60,134 nt of DNA from a virus: positions 1-60,134 of the IMG/VR virus record IMGVR_UViG_3300027365_000001; one strand, written 5' to 3'. Below are positions 59,559 through 60,134 of the stretch, in pieces (positions within the stretch are counted from its first letter, which is position 1; the number at the start of each line of letters is the position of its first letter). The translations under genes were made by a program, and so were the position numbers. The notes under the pieces are model-generated. The model saw only the letters and a list, made by a program, of their open reading frames with translations, did no database searches and had not been told where the DNA came from.

Positions 59559-59989
59559 GCGCTGACCAGCTCAGCCGGCACCATCACCACGTCGCCAAAC
59601 TTTGCGGACACGATGGCTCGGCATACGGCAACCAGGCGACCTTCGTCTTCCGACGCCCAGCCCTTACCAAACTGGCAGACCTGCGTCTCGGAGTAGAACC
59701 TGCCGTCGTGATTTATATCGATGACAGCATCGTACTTATCAATAAGTAAGCCACCATCCGCCCACTTGGTTGACGGAGAAAATTGGTGTGGCTCGTACTT
59801 GCGGCGCATTACTCCCGACTTTGCCAGCCCGTAATTTCTCGGGACATTAAAGCCGACGAATGCCTCTTCCCCGTCAAACTTCCAGAATGCCAGCCTGTGG
59901 CCTTTTTTAGCTCTTTCCTCTTGCTCTGTAAGCGCAACGCAGTAGTCCAGCGCCGGCCCGATCAGGTCGGCGGTCTTCACTTCGATCAT
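59555..59989 (-). CDS. DUF2591-family phage protein
   Basis: ATG 59989. Translation MIEVKTADLIGPALDYCVALTEQ...FSPSTKWADGGLLIDKY...LVAVCRAIVSAKFGDVV. The track start at 60109 runs into the upstream gene. Confidence 0.7.
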   Translation of the reverse strand: MIEVKTADLIGPALDYCVALTEQEERAKKGHRLAFWKFDGEEAFVGFNVPRNYGLAKSGVMRRKYEPHQFSPSTKWADGGLLIDKYDAVIDINHDGRFYSETQVCQFGKGWASEDEGRLVAVCRAIVSAKFGDVVMVPAELVSA

Positions 59990-59991
59990 GG

Positions 59992-60134
59992 TCACGGCAT
60001 CGCCCTCCCGATCTCGGCTGCTGCGCGGACGATTGCACGGCGAGTAGCGGAAAGTGGGTCGGGCAGTGCGTCCTCTCCAAACACCGGGCCGTACTTGCTG
60101 AGCCAGCATGAACCTACCTCTACGATCAGTTTCA
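59992..60134 (-). CDS. 3' portion of the wrap-around gene listed at 1-213 (60091-60134 duplicates 1-44)
   Basis: The frame continues ...VGSCWLSKYGPVFGEDALPDPLSATRRAIVRAAAEIGRAMP to TGA at 59992-59994, two bases before the next ATG. Confidence 0.65.
   Translation of the reverse strand, partial: KLIVEVGSCWLSKYGPVFGEDALPDPLSATRRAIVRAAAEIGRAMP
60091..60134. repeat. 44-bp terminal direct repeat (copy 2)
   Basis: Identical to bases 1-44. Confidence 0.9.

Noticed and set aside
1-60134. CRISPR arrays, rRNA genes, an integrase/attP module or transposase-bounded elements
   Set aside because: I saw no spaced direct-repeat arrays, rRNA-like sequence, or tyrosine/serine recombinase or transposase translations in any frame of the ORF track.

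Overview
The window is a complete, circularly closed genome of a high-GC tailed dsDNA phage. A 44-bp overlap joins the two ends, so the unique length is 60,090 bp. The late genes look podovirus-like: small and large terminase, a portal with a Q/A-rich C-terminal tail, an acidic scaffold, an N4-gp56-type major capsid protein, a BPP-1/epsilon15-style tail module, a tail fibre plus assembly chaperone, Gly-rich internal virion proteins and a 4,816-aa polyvalent virion protein. A holin-endolysin-spanin cassette follows them. From memory the layout resembles Bcep22-type phages, but I could not test this. There are four transcription blocks. (1) Rightward early genes, 474-3645. (2) A leftward block, 13270 down to 3605: Cro-like HTH, SSB, RdgC, DUF1367, Ref-like nuclease, RuvC, Bro antirepressor, Dam and C5 methyltransferases, and a lambda-O-like initiator with an iteron origin inside its own gene. 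(3) A rightward block, 13491-22606: YqaJ exonuclease, RecT, dCMP deaminase, dUTPase, a GH5 glycanase and a lower-GC moron-like block. (4) A leftward late block that starts at 213, crosses the end junction and runs down to 22653. I saw no integrase, CI-type repressor, DNA polymerase, tRNA, rRNA or CRISPR array. The most interesting signals are these. (a) Inside the 14.4-kb virion gene, a 546-nt stretch shows the coding (third-position G/C) signature in another frame, which holds two Shine-Dalgarno-preceded ORFs of 51 and 129 aa. (b) An in-frame 681-nt lower-GC insertion lies between motifs IX and X of the C5 methyltransferase and carries a complete HNH endonuclease ORF in a different frame. (c) A repeated operator architecture links the early divergent control region to a site inside the late virion module. 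(d) A conserved -10-like motif family precedes terS, the capsid gene, the giant gene and the holin. (e) A CsrA-like gene sits directly upstream of the capsid promoter and leader. All family assignments come from reading the translations by eye and need HMM, BLAST or structure searches.
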